64,000 nt of DNA from the human T2T-CHM13v2.0 reference genome, Homo sapiens, in assembly GCF_009914755.1 (NCBI RefSeq), contig NC_060942.1; one strand, 5' to 3'. Made by a program: the position numbers and the translations under genes. How positions within the stretch are numbered: the first letter of the stretch is position 1; each line of letters starts with the position of its first letter. A model generated the notes under the pieces. The model saw only the letters and a list, made by a program, of their open reading frames with translations, did no database searches and was not told where the DNA came from. Positions 1 to 12,010 of this stretch are shown one piece after another.

Positions 1-479
1 GGCCTTGCTGGCCATGGCTGGGTGCCCAGTTTGTCTCAGGCCCAGTGTGAAGCATCCAGGCTCAGCCCGCTGTCCCAGGGCAGCCCTGATTTCACTTCTT
101 CTACCATCTGAGGAGCATTTCCTCCATGTCAGACCAGATGTCCTCAGCTTCAGCTCCAAAAATACAGCCACAGGAGGGAAGGGAGGCACAGAGGAGAAGT
201 GGTGTCTCCTTCCTTGGAGGAGGTGGGGCCCACAGGGAATAATTAATAAATGGCACCGGTTCAATTTAAAATACAACTAACTGTATCCTGTGGGGCAGGT
301 GATTATTGCAATGAGTGGCCTGGAGGGGAGAGCGAGGATATTGGCTGCAGTCATCTAGTCTTTCTGTCAACCTATTTACCCCTTGCAATCACCTACTCAT
401 CCACCTATCTACCTACCTAACTACCCATCTGTCTAACTAGCCATTCCCCTGCTTATCCTCCAAGGACCTTGGACAAACT

Positions 480-630
480 ACAGACCCTCTGGGCCTTGGT
501 TTCCCTGTTGCAAATGGAGATAACAATTCTCCCCTGATCTCCTGAGCTTGTTTAAAGGATTGGATGGACTTAAAGATGATCCGTAAAGTGGTGCAAGGAA
601 TGTGAATATTAGATAGTGGATGCATTATTT
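480..630 (+). mobile_element. MIR SINE fragment
   Basis: ctctgggccttggtttccctgttgcaaatggagataacaat resembles the MIR core. Confidence 0.6.
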
Positions 631-899
631 TTGTTGTCAACGTTACTACCACCACAACCGTATCTGCCGCTGCTGATACCTAGACCGTTCTTGCCTTGAG
701 ATCATTTTCAGACTGTCTCTCCCCGCTGGACCAGTGACTCTGGACATCCACTGAAGGAAGGCTTGGGATTTGTTTTTAAAGATCTCCCAGCCACGGAGGG
801 TGGGGCAGATCCTGAAGGAAGCTCCAGCCAGCCAGCTCCCTGTCTGCTTTCCAGATGCCAGGGAGCTGGCTCCTCCCTACCTCCCAGAACTCAACAATG

Positions 900-900
<1 letters not shown>

Positions 901-939
<39 letters not shown>
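901..939 (+). repeat. (TG)n microsatellite, about 19 units
   Basis: Perfect TG run. Confidence 0.97.
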
Positions 940-941
<2 letters not shown>

Positions 942-1523
942 ACACACGGGGGAGATGGGAACTGGGGAGCAGGCCTGTGGGGGCTGTAAGTGCATTAGTG
1001 GCTGGGATGGTTGCTGGGAGACGGCAGACAGATGCCGGATATGTTTGTATTTTCCAATGTTAAGGCCTCAGAACCAGAAAAAACAAACCAGGAGTTTCAA
1101 AATGAGGAGGCTAATTGTTCGGATGGGAAGATATTATTTACAGTAATGGGGCAATTAGGTAGGAGGGGTAGAAAGAGTCAGGGTGGTTTGGCTGCGGCAG
1201 CCTAGTCCAGCCCCCATGGGGACGAGGTGGCAGCCAGGGACTATTATCTTGAGTCAGACCATCTGCTTTGTGGTCACCCTCTATCTTGCAAGATCACCCT
1301 CTTTTGGGGAAGGTGCATATTAAACAGAAGGGGACACCTATCCACCCAGGGTTTCAGGAGTGGCAGCCAGCTTGCCTCCCCACTCACCACTAGGCTTGTG
1401 GCCTGGGGAGCATTCTATTCTTGAAGGCCCAGTGCAGTCCTCCTCCCTCAGGAAGTCCTCCTGACGACTGCAACTCACACCCATTCCCCCTCCTCAGAAC
1501 TCCCCTGAATCTCCACACCTGAA

Positions 1524-1668
1524 CTGCAAAGACCCTAGATGACACGGTGCGTCACCAAAACCGCAAAGACCCTAGATGACACCGTGGGTCACCCAAACCG
1601 CAAAGAACCTAGATGACACAGTGCGTCACCCAAACCGCAAAGACCCTAGATGACACGGTGTGTCACCC
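1524..1668 (+). repeat. 37-bp minisatellite, about 4 copies
   Basis: Unit ccgcaaagaccctagatgacacggtgcgtcacccaaa starts at 1524, 1561, 1598 and 1635. Confidence 0.95.
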
Positions 1669-3624
1669 TTTACCTGGGGCATTTCCTTTATTGGGTGCCC
1701 CACTGGCTCCTGCTGGCACAAAGCTGGGCCTGGCCAGACTTGTGGACAAAGGATGAATTACCCAGGGGCTTTGGGAGGGTGAATGGAGGAGGAGAAGAAA
1801 GGGATAAAAATCAGCAGCAGCAGCTCAATGGAAGGAACAAATTAAAAAAATGACGAACATGGCTTCTGTAGGGACCCATGCCTCCAGGCCCACATTCATC
1901 CACCTGCTTGCCAAGTCGTGACATAAAGAAATAAAGATGGAAGTTGAGAATCCACACTCAATACGCACCAAACTCTTAGATCTCAGATTGATTCTCACTA
2001 GTCATTTGAGAATACTTAAAAACTAGATCTCAGAAAAAAAATTTTTTTCCCTTTGAAGCAGAAATGGCCCATTTGCAAATTAATGGCTGGGTGGGCCAAG
2101 ATACCCTCTAGAAAGGGAGAAGGGATGGCTGTCAATAGCTGAGGAAGGGAAGGTGGCTGGGGTGAGGGTCATCACAGTGCATGCTACTGCTGAAGGGGGC
2201 TTGGCCCAAACAGCACAGCGAGCCCATGGGAAGTCCACATGGCGACTCCCGGGAAGGTTGCTTTCAGTCCACCGGGCACATTTCCAATACAAGGAAACAG
2301 ATTGTGCTGTGCCTCGTCTCTGGACAGTTGCTAAGAAGAGGCTCGGCCGCTGGTAGCACAGTCTGCAAGAAGGGCTGTGGAACCCTGAGCCACCTGTATG
2401 GGAATGAACAAGACGTCTTACGGAGGCGCCTTGCAATTGTAGAATTCTCTAAGGAACATCTGGGCAGGGCTCCATAATCTCCCCCTCTCCGTCCTGTTAA
2501 GCTCTCCTTCCTTTTCTTACACAGTACCTGCTACCAACCACACTGCCTTCTGGGTTAGTTTGCACCTATCTTCCTAGTCTTGTCTGCACCCTTACTTCCC
2601 ACTACCTTTTGCTTTCAAAATTCTACCCATCCCTAAGCCTCCCCTGACTTCTGCACGTGTGGCCAAACAAGGGGCAACTTGTTTCCAGTGCGTAGCTTTT
2701 GTCTTCCCAAATGGGAGCTCCTGGAGGGTGAGAACCTGACGGGAGTGGGGATGGGATTGGGAAGGGGACGTGTCTTCTGTGGATTAGAGCTAAACCCTAG
2801 AGCCTCACAGGGGGCAACGCCCTAGCCTGTCTCTGTCCCTCCGCCTCCTGAGACTTATTTCTTCTCCTTCCTTTGCTTATAAAAGTGGAAAAGTAGAAAA
2901 GACCTGGACCATCATTCTGCTTGTTAAAAATAAACACAAGAGGCAGGCTCTGGGTTAGATAAACAGGGGAGTGGGGGGAGGGTCTCCCAACTGCACCATC
3001 TGCCCTGTGCTACCCCATACTGATTCTAGCACACTCCCTCTGCATAAAGGCCCTGGGCTGGCAGGAGAGGAGGCCCATGGCCTGCTGCAAGGTTTGAGAG
3101 AGCTCCCCACCACCGAAGTGTGTGCATGTGCCGAAGTGTTTTGGCAGAGGGGCTTCAGCCAGCGTTTCTCAAAGCAGGACAATGACATCATCAGTGTGGG
3201 TGGAGGCTTTCATCCCTGAATGGCTGGAGAGTGGCTCCAAGGCTCCCCTGGAAGGCCTCAGGAAGAGGGTCCAGGCTTCCCTGCCCACATCTTCATTGGT
3301 ATGAAAGGGTGGGGAGCAGACCCTGATTCCTCGGCTCCCTCTCCCTCTCCCTCTCTGTGTCGGGGCTGGGGGTGGTCACTGACATGGAATCCTGAGCCTC
3401 CTTCTGTGTTCACAAGCTCAATCCCTTTTGCGCATAATTCATCCGCCCTCCATTCGCCAGATATTTACTGCTCACTCTGCCCAGCGAGATGTCAATTCAA
3501 CAAATATTCAGTGTGCATATTCTGAGTGTCAAGCTCTAAAATAGATGCTAAAAATTTAGAGGTTTCTGCAACTGAATATGGGCCTGACGTGTATCTGTGA
3601 GATTCTCCTCACGCTCTATAATCC

Positions 3625-3795
3625 TTGGCCTTGAATCTCAGCACTGCTACGTACTGGCTGTGTGACCTGGGGCCAGTTACTAACTTCTCCCTGCCTCAAT
3701 GTTCTCATCTGTAATTGGGGTTGCTGTGCTGATTAAATGAGTTAACATATGCAAAATGCTCGATCAGAACCTACTATACTGATGTCCCAAGTTCC
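3625..3795 (+). mobile_element. MIR SINE
   Basis: ctggctgtgtgacctggggccagttactaacttctccctgcctcaatgttctcatctgtaa...gattaaatgagttaa is a classic MIR core. Confidence 0.85.
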
Positions 3796-4220
3796 TACTA
3801 TGTGTGAGACCCTGACCCTGAGCCCATTCTCTTGACCCCAGGGTGCTTACCCTGCATTTGGTATCCAGGCACCTGTATAGACCCCCTGTGTGGGTAGGGG
3901 TGGATCCCCCCTAGCATCCCCGTCCTGGACTGCAGCTCAGGAGTCCAGAGCCCGAGATAGGTCTGGAGACACTGTAGGCAGCCGGGCAGGAGCTGTGTCT
4001 GGACGCTTTGACGAACTCCCTGAGAGAGGCAACCGTGGGAGGAGGCAGCGGGCATCATCTGTGAGTCCTTCGGGGGTGCTGGACTCCATTTATGGTGAGG
4101 TCACTTATGAATATTAAATTCTTTGCTCCAGGCTCCAAAGATTCCCACTGCCCTGCTCTACCCAAAAGCCAAGGTTACAGCCGTAATAAACAAAGCTGCC
4201 CTTCTCCAAGAGAAACATGC

Positions 4221-4243
4221 TCTCTCTCTCTCTCTCTAGCATG

Positions 4244-4276
<33 letters not shown>
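4221..4276 (+). repeat. (TC)n plus (CA)n compound microsatellite
   Basis: A TC run, then gcatgcat, then a CA run. Confidence 0.95.
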
Positions 4277-4278
<2 letters not shown>

Positions 4279-5529
4279 GAACGATGCAGTTTCAGAGGAG
4301 GAAGGAGGGAGGTGGGGAGGTGCAGGGGTGGGCTAGTTCCTGGGTATGGGGTGTTTCTCTGCACTGTCCATGGCCCCGACAGGCTCAGGAGGGGCCCTCC
4401 AGACGAGGCTCCCCATTCCCTTCTGCCTCCCCGTACCTCCCTCCCGGAGTAAGATTCTGAGAGACACTAGGTATGGTCACCAAAAGAACTTGAGTTGACT
4501 CTCAGAAAATAAAGGGAGTTTCCAGGAGAGGGTGCTGTTGGAACATCCTGTGTGCGTGACGCGGGCTCCTGGGCTTGCGGCCTGCAGAAGGGCACACACA
4601 GCCTGCCAGCTTCAGGTGCAGACAGAGGCTGGGTGGGGCTGCTCGGAAAGGAGGAGGGGGCATGTAACTGTAACTTTGGTGCACTTTTTAAAGACATAGC
4701 CTGAGGGCAGGACCCAGGAACCTACCTTTTAACCAGCACCTCTAGTTCTGGCTGATTTAGGTGGCCTGGTGCTGAGGACAGGCTGAGAAAGGCTGGCGAG
4801 AGACTAGGATCCTACATCCTCCCCTCCCCACCACACTTCAGAGACCCTGGGCTGCAGAAGCGGGAGCAGAGGGGCCAGTCTGAGCCCTTTGCTGGACATC
4901 CTGCCCCAGAGAGCGCGGCCAGGGTCTTGTTTCTCTATTCTCCCCCAGGGGAGCAGAAATGGAGCCTGGAAGGGTTTCTCGGTGTTTCGGTAGGCTGAGT
5001 CCCTGAGTTGGGTTTGGGGTCTGCTGCTGAGTCCCTGAGGGGTGTCTGGGGCCTGCAGCTGGGGTCTGGGGTCGGTAGTCACAGTGCTGGCATCCAAATG
5101 TGTGTGTGACTCAGAGTTGTCACCTCGTGGGGTAGTGCTGCCGCCAGACAGCCTGGGGCTGAGTTACAAGGACACAATGATTAAGATGATTAAGCAGAGG
5201 AGGGGGGAGCAGGGAGAGAGAGGCAGGCATGAAGACAATGCCCGCAAGGATGGGGTGGCAGATGCAGGGAGGCAGAGGCCCAGGGAGGGGCAGAGGGACG
5301 GGACAGTTGGAAAGAAGGCAACTCTTTCCAAAAGAGAAAGGGAGGCATAAGTCCGATGCATTCCGTGTCTCCCATAGAGCTTCCCCTGAGAAGCTGAAGA
5401 GGAGAAGAGGCAGAGAAGGCAGACAGGGAAATGGCCACGGGAGGCCTGGAAGCCTCATGTCGCCTGTGTGCCCGCAGGTCTCTTTCTCTGTCTCCCACCA
5501 CCACCATCCTCCTCCTCCTTATCATCTAC

Positions 5530-5690
5530 CCTTTGAGTATCTACGCTATGCCAGGCCCCACGTGGACCCAGCTTTTATCCTCTTCACAACCCTTCAAGGC
5601 AGGTATTAATATCTCCACCTTACAGAGAATGAGAAGGAGGCTCAGAGTGGCGAGAGCCCGGACTTTGACCCAGGCTTTGTTAGCGCCATC
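5530..5690 (-). mobile_element. MIR SINE
   Basis: atcctcttcacaacccttcaaggcaggtattaatatctccaccttacagagaatgagaaggaggctcagag is the MIR core in reverse. Confidence 0.7.
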
Positions 5691-6074
5691 CTCCCCTCAT
5701 GCTTGCGGTTGCTGCTCCAGAGAAGGTCACAGACATGGATGCTTTGCCTTAGCAGGAGCGGACTAACGTGGGTGGTGGGGCTGTGTCCAGGTGGATTGTG
5801 CATGTGATGAGGAGGGTCTGCAGACTGCATAAATGCTACAGCCATGCCACACTTTTGAACCCTCATTACCCATGTGCAAGAGACGGATGGATTTGGAGAT
5901 CAAGGACCTTGTATTGTAGGCCAGGGGCTCTCCAGGCCAGTGACACAGCCCCAGCCTGGAGGGGTCGAGCCAGGCCTGGGTGACCAATGCAGCCCCCCAG
6001 GGTCCTCAACTGGGGGTGCTGTTGGGCTCCCTGTGTGAGGGAGGGCAGGAAAGGCTTGGACTGTAGTTTCCACA

Positions 6075-6270
6075 GGTTCATATTTGAGTCCTGGCTCTAC
6101 CACTCATGAGCTGTATACCCTTGATTAAAGTCCCTGGTCTCTTTGTGACAGCTTCACCACCTGGAAGATGGTCCCAGCCCCCAGTGTGTAGGGTTAAATG
6201 AGAGTCCATGTAATGCACTGGACACAGTTTCTGGCACACAGCAAGCATGCAGTAAATATTAGCTAATATT
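6075..6270 (+). mobile_element. MIR SINE
   Basis: gagtcctggctctaccactcatgagctgtatacccttg...ttaaatgag...ctggcacacagcaagcatgcagtaaatattagc. Confidence 0.75.
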
Positions 6271-9084
6271 TCTTTAATCATTCAAATAATCATTTATTCT
6301 TTGGTTCCCACCCTTCCTCCTCTCTCTACCTCTCCCTTCTCCTGAGCTCCCTCTCTCCTCTCCCCTCATCCCTCACTGTCAAGCCTGTTTTCAGAGAGTC
6401 TATCAGGTGTCAGGAGCCACTCACGAGAAGACCATGGTGTTGCTGGGCAGCACAATTAAGTCAGTACCACATTACTGGTCATTTTCTGTGTGCAAAGCCC
6501 TGTAATTTGCACAAGACACACTGGCCTTTCTTTTTCCCTCAAGGAGCTTCTGCCAAATAGGAGATCCTTGGCAAGTATAGGAGTGATTTCACTCATTCAC
6601 TCACTCATTCATTCACCATTAAAATATCCTTCCTTGACTATCCAGCAGTGTGTGATCAGTTGCAGAAATGAGGAGATGCAATAAAATCCTGCCATAGTCG
6701 CTAAAAGTGGAATAAGAAAAGAAAAAAAAAATAATCCGATAAAGGGCAGGGTCTCATTATTGTGAGGCCAATGAAATGCCACAGTGGGTGCCTGTGCAGC
6801 CAACGGGCCAAGGGCTCTGGAGCCCAGAAGCCAATCACCAAACACTTGGCATCCAAATTCATGTGATCCAGAGCACGTCACAGAGAGGCTCCCTCTTGAT
6901 TACAAGACTCACCCTCACATGCTGGTTTGTGAAGCGGCTTGAGTGCATTATCTTGTTGCATCCTCCCCATAGCCCTGGGAAGGGCTTCAGGTGTCACTAC
7001 AGACACTGCACAGGGAAGGATGGTGACTTCCCACAGTTCCCCAGTGCTCACTGTCAGAGTCGGGGCCTCACTTGCACCCCGTGCTCCTTTACCACCCCTT
7101 CCAATCCCCATTGACCCGAACTGGGCCTTCCTCTCCTGCAGCTGGAGGGAGCGACCCGTTTTTCTTTCTCTGTGCAGGCTCGCTCCCCAGCCTCCAGGAG
7201 CTCCCCAGGGGCCCTGGCCCACCCAGCACATCCTTGGCTGCTGGAGGGCTCAGAGCCCTCTTTGCAGGTCAGCTGTGATGCCACATGGGCCCTGGGTTGA
7301 GGGGTGGGTGTCTGCACCCTCTACCCATCTGGGGCATGACTTTATTTTCTGATTCTTACCTGCCCTGGTGTTCGGGTTTGGGCCAATGTTCCTGAGTTTT
7401 TATTGACTGCCTGTCTTTTTGTGGGAGATTCATTCACTTATTCAGTGCCTCTTCCCATCTTTGTTCATTCATTCCACATGAGCCAGTGGAGAACCCTAAC
7501 AGCCAGATGGCCAGCACCACTGGGTGACCATCCCCCAAGCACCTCCACCTCTCCTCCGGGGCCATCCAGGGCTCCCTGCAGCTCCCTTGCTTCCATCCTG
7601 CTGACACAAATGAGACGTATCTCTCCTCAGAGCCACATTGGTATAAGCCTAGGTCTGAGTACACGGTGGCATTCAGTGATTCCCAAATTAAAATGATCTA
7701 GAGCCATGAGGCAGTCGAATGGCCAGTTGTGCAGAGCATCGCATAGTCATTACAGGTAACTTTTGGATGCTCAGTGGTGCTGACATCAGCAGGAATTTGC
7801 TTCCCGGTTCAAACTGGAGGGAGTGGGTCTCTTGTCACTGAGGCCTTGAGGCTTGTGCATGATGACTGGAGCCTGAAGCCCGGGCAGTTCTCCAGGAATG
7901 AGTTCTCTGAGGAGGACGGGGCCAGGGCCCTGGGTGCTGGCAGAGGACAGAGGAAGTCCTTCCCTTCCCTACCAGTCACCAGTCCTCTGAGGTGTGCCTC
8001 CAGCCCACGGCTGCACAGAAGCCTCCCTGACTGCAGCCCCACTGACAGCTGAGCCCCCTGGCGAGGCCTTGCCTTCACACGGTATGGCCCTATGCTGTCC
8101 CCTCCCGGCTGTGACCTCAGTGCCACGGCAGGGCATGTCCAGCTCTGACGCATTTGCTGACTGGCTGGGGATGGGGAGTGGCAGCCATCCCCACCCTTTC
8201 CGTCTTGCGCAGGTGCTGGCCCCTGACAGCGTCCTGGCATCTGGGAGGCTGGCGGGAACTGCCGTGAGCTGCTCTGACCGCCTTCAAGGGCACTGCCAGG
8301 AATAGATGTGGCCACCCCACTGCCTGCATGGGTCTGGCAGCCTCGAGTGCCCCATCTCCAGACTCTGCGCTTCCCAAGAAGTGCTCAGCCCACTGCCTGG
8401 TTCCTTGGAGATGAAAGTTCCGTTTGGTACTGGGACCTTGCTCTTCAGAATGTGTCTACTCACCCTCCCATGGCATGGCCCAGCAGATGCTATCCTGCCC
8501 ACCCTCTGGGCCCACACGCCACAGCCACTGGCCAGGCGCAGACACAGAGCCAGCTGACTGTTTGATGCCAGCATGGCCCAAGCCTCATGAGCTCCCCCAA
8601 TGGGTTTGTCCAAGCAGGAAACCCTTAGTGACAGCATCACGCTCCTTTGCCTTTTTGGCCAAGAAACAATGCCAGGGAGATGAAATGACTTGCTGAGTCA
8701 CAGCTTGCCAGTAGCAAAACCGGACCACCAACCCACAGCTGGTTGCCCCAGCTCAGTAGCCTAGGTGTTCATAGGAAAGAGATGGCTTCAGGATTGGAGA
8801 TCAGGGAGGGCTGCAAGGAGGAGGAGGCATCTGAATGCTTTAGAACGATTTGGGTCCTGAGGCAAGAGGAAGGATGTCATCCTAAGGGATGGGGAAGCAT
8901 GGGTTGCCTTTGACTGAGAGTTACTGGGCCAGTGTGACTGGGACAGCGGGATCATGGGGGACAGGGAAAGGAAGAAGCGTGCAGCCCAGGGAAAGGGGCA
9001 TGACAGTGCTGGGAGCTTGATCTCAACTCTGCTTCCAGGCTGGCTATGGGATTCTAGGGAGGTGGGAGAAGTTCTACCACCCAC

Positions 9085-9450
9085 TCATTTAAGCTTGCAG
9101 GGTTCTTTGAGAAGCCCTATGCCACTGAGTGACAGGCCCTGTTCCAGATCCGGGGATACAGCGGTAAACAAATTCCCTGCTCCTGAAGCACACGGTCTAG
9201 TGGAGGGGGACCAACAATGAACATGCAAGTCAGGGCGTAACTGGTTGGACGGTCACAGAAACAGTAAAGCAGAGTAAGGGGAAGGAAGAGCTACTTTAGA
9301 TAAAATGGCCAGGGAAGGCCTCTCTGATAAGGTGACATTTGAAAAGAAACTGGAAGGAAGTGAGAGAGTGAGCCAAGTGAGCATCTGAGAGCAGAGCTTT
9401 CCAGGCATAGGCAGAGCACATGCAAAGGCCCTGGGGCATGTGGGAACCAG
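9085..9450 (-). mobile_element. L2 LINE 3' fragment
   Basis: ggggatacagcggtaaacaaattccctgctcc...tctagtggaggg...agggaaggcctctctgataaggtgacatttga...tgcaaaggccctgggg is a typical reverse L2 3' end. Confidence 0.8.
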
Positions 9451-9756
9451 ACAAGAATTTGTAACCTCAAGGTGTGTCCCTTATTTAGCTGGAGGCCCTT
9501 GGCTCTGGCTACCACCCCCTGCCCACCTTTCACTCTTCCACACCCAGGACGCCATGAGCCCAGGACAGGCAGTGAGAGCAGTGGGTGCTGAAGTCCCTGC
9601 ACTAACAAGGAGAAAACCCAACTTCAGGAGTTGAGGGACACAGGGTTTTCCCAGAGCCCAGAAGTGCAAGCCTATGCTATGGAGGGGCCAGGGTGGGGGA
9701 AGAAAATTCCAGGCGTGGGGAGGGGAAGGGAGCAGGGAAGGCTCAGAGGCTAGAGG

Positions 9757-9878
9757 GTGTGTGTGTGTATTTATATGTGTGTGTGGGAAGGTACAAGTTT
9801 GTATGGGAGTACATGTGGGTATATTTTCGTATGTGTGTTATGTATGTGTGTTATGTATGTGTGTATGCGTGTGAGTGT
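9757..9878 (+). repeat. TG-rich low-complexity tract
   Basis: Degenerate TG/TA repeats. Confidence 0.85.
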
Positions 9879-10215
9879 TGGGAGGAAGAAGCAGGCTGAG
9901 CGGTCCCATTGTGGCTGGAAAAAAACGCGTTCTCTCTCGCCCTCTCTTTGTGCTATACGTCTCTCTCTGTCGATCTCTGCACCTGTGTCTCTGTCTCCCT
10001 GTCCAGGTCTCTCTCGGTGTCTCTCTCCTCCCTCCCTCCCTCTCCCCTGCACCCCCTTCTTTCTCTCAGAACAGGAAGAGGCCTGCAAAGGACTGCCATT
10101 TCCCTCTGTCTCCCCGCCCCCTTTCCCTCCCCAGGTTTTTTCCCTTGCTCCTTATTCAAGGCAGATAAAGTGCGCACAGCTGCTCCCAGCTGAAACAGGC
10201 CTTAATTGCACCCCC

Positions 10216-10229
10216 GTTGCCATGGCGAT
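10216..10229. promoter_or_regulatory. RFX X-box motif
   Basis: GTTGCCATGGCGAT matches the palindromic consensus GTTGCCATGGCAAC at 12 of 14 positions. Confidence 0.6.
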
Positions 10230-10899
10230 CCCTGATGATCTCCATGGCTGGAATGTTGCCCTCCCTATCTTCCCGCTGGGGCCTCCGGGCAGCAGAGCCT
10301 CGCTGACCCTACGGGGCACCCGCCTCACCTCATGGGCTCCCCAGATGCCTTCCCCTCCCCCATGGTGCACAGCCCATCTCTTTGCCTGCAGGGCCTCGGT
10401 GGTACCTGTCACTCCTTGGGACGTTCCTGGGTCCAGCATAACAATGCACAGGCTCCTAGCAAGGGACAACACATTCCTCTGTCACTAGCCTTGGCCTGGT
10501 TTTTCAGGAGTGGGAAGGAGGGGACCTGGCTCAGAAGGCTGTGCTCTGGGCCTCATCACTTCACTTGTGGACCTGCCAAAGCCCCACCCACTGCCCTGAG
10601 TGTGGCTGTGGGCGCCTTTGTCAATGCAAAGCAGCCCACATGTTGCAGTTTCTATCTGAAGGAGCCCCAGGGACATGGAGATGGTGGTGGCCCTGGTAGA
10701 GGGAAGGGCTGCAGAGACCAGGCTCTGCAATGGGACAACCAGCAGGATCAGCTGCCCCCCGTCCCACTGCAGAGGACATGGGCAGAGTAGGGGACAGAGT
10801 GGTGGCTCCCTTGGGAGGAGGAGGGGGACACTGAGGAAATCCCAATGGGGACAGGCCCATTGTGGGCCAGGAATGTGAGCCTGATAAGGGAGGTGGACA

Positions 10900-11185
10900 G
10901 TGTGGTGTGGGCTGTGTGTGTCTGTGAGTACGAACGTAGTGTGTCTGTGTATACGTGTGTGCTTCTGTGTGTCTGTGTGTATCTGTGCGTGTGTGTATGC
11001 TGTATGTGTGCATGTGTCTCTGTGCATGTGGTTGTGTATGCATGTGTCTTTTGTGTGTGTGCATGTGCATGTGCAGTATGTATGTGTATGCAGGTATGTA
11101 CCCATGTGCATGTGTGTCACTGCATGTTTGTGCACGCGTGTGTGCACATGCACATGTGTGTATGTATGTGTGTGTGTGTCTGTGG
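10900..11185 (+). repeat. Degenerate (TG)n/(TGCA) tract, about 285 bp
   Basis: Mostly alternating purine-pyrimidine: tgtgtg, tgcatg, tgtatg. Confidence 0.92.
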
Positions 11186-11834
11186 TTTGGTCCACATCCC
11201 TGCCTTGCACTTCCCTCCACAGGACCCTCTGCTGGCATCCGAGCTGGGCCACACAGTAGCTAGCGCGTGTTCACAGCTCAGTGGCTCCTGACAGGGGTCT
11301 CCGGGAGGGCAGTCGTACTTAGCACCCAGTCAGCACACCCTGAAGAGCCATCAGACATGACGTGGGACAGCGCTGAGCGGCCCAAGAAGCCCCGCTGCTG
11401 GTGCTGTTCCCTCACATCACCCACTCCATCCTCTGAGCAGCCCAACCCCAGCCATCCATCCAGTGGGGCCTGGAATGGAGTGGGCTTCTCATATCCTGGA
11501 TCTGATGGGCCTGCTTAATTCCCTCCTCCACCAGCAAACCTAGAGATGAGCCCAGGGCGGGGGATCCCAGCACTTTCTGCCCACCCCTCCATTCTTGGGA
11601 TCTGAGCCCTCCTCTGCCCAGCACCTGGGCAAGGCTCCCTGCCTCCACGGGCCCCTTCTCTGGGCTGGCATGTGCTGCCTACCCATCAGCCAGGAGGCAG
11701 GGACAGTGGGATGTGGGGCAAGATTTTCCAGAATGGAGCATCTCTGGTACTCATCTCTGCCAGCAATGGTGTCGGCTGAATGCACGCCACCCTGAGCCAC
11801 GCTTGGTAATGTAATAATGGCAATAATAGCAGCA

Positions 11835-12010
11835 GGAGTAATAACAGCTACTGCTTATTAAGTGGCTGCCACATGCCAGGTGCTGTGAGTAGAACTGCAG
11901 AACTCTAACACACCGTGGTGTCTTCTCACAACCCTTGAGGCCAGGACTGTCATTTCTGCACAGATGGGGAAACAGGCGGTGCCTGCCCAGCCAGGCAACT
12001 CAGCTCTTGG
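11835..12010 (-). mobile_element. MIR SINE
   Basis: taataacagctactgcttattaagtggctgccacatgccagg...ctcacaacccttgagg...cacagatggggaaacagg. Confidence 0.7.

Noticed and set aside
9757-11291. Long ORFs (243, 255 and 205 aa) rich in CV/HT
   Set aside because: These are translations of TG/CA low-complexity tracts.
11320-11378. Second RE1 suggested by CAGCAC and GGACAGCGC
   Set aside because: The half-sites are too far apart and the left half is imperfect.
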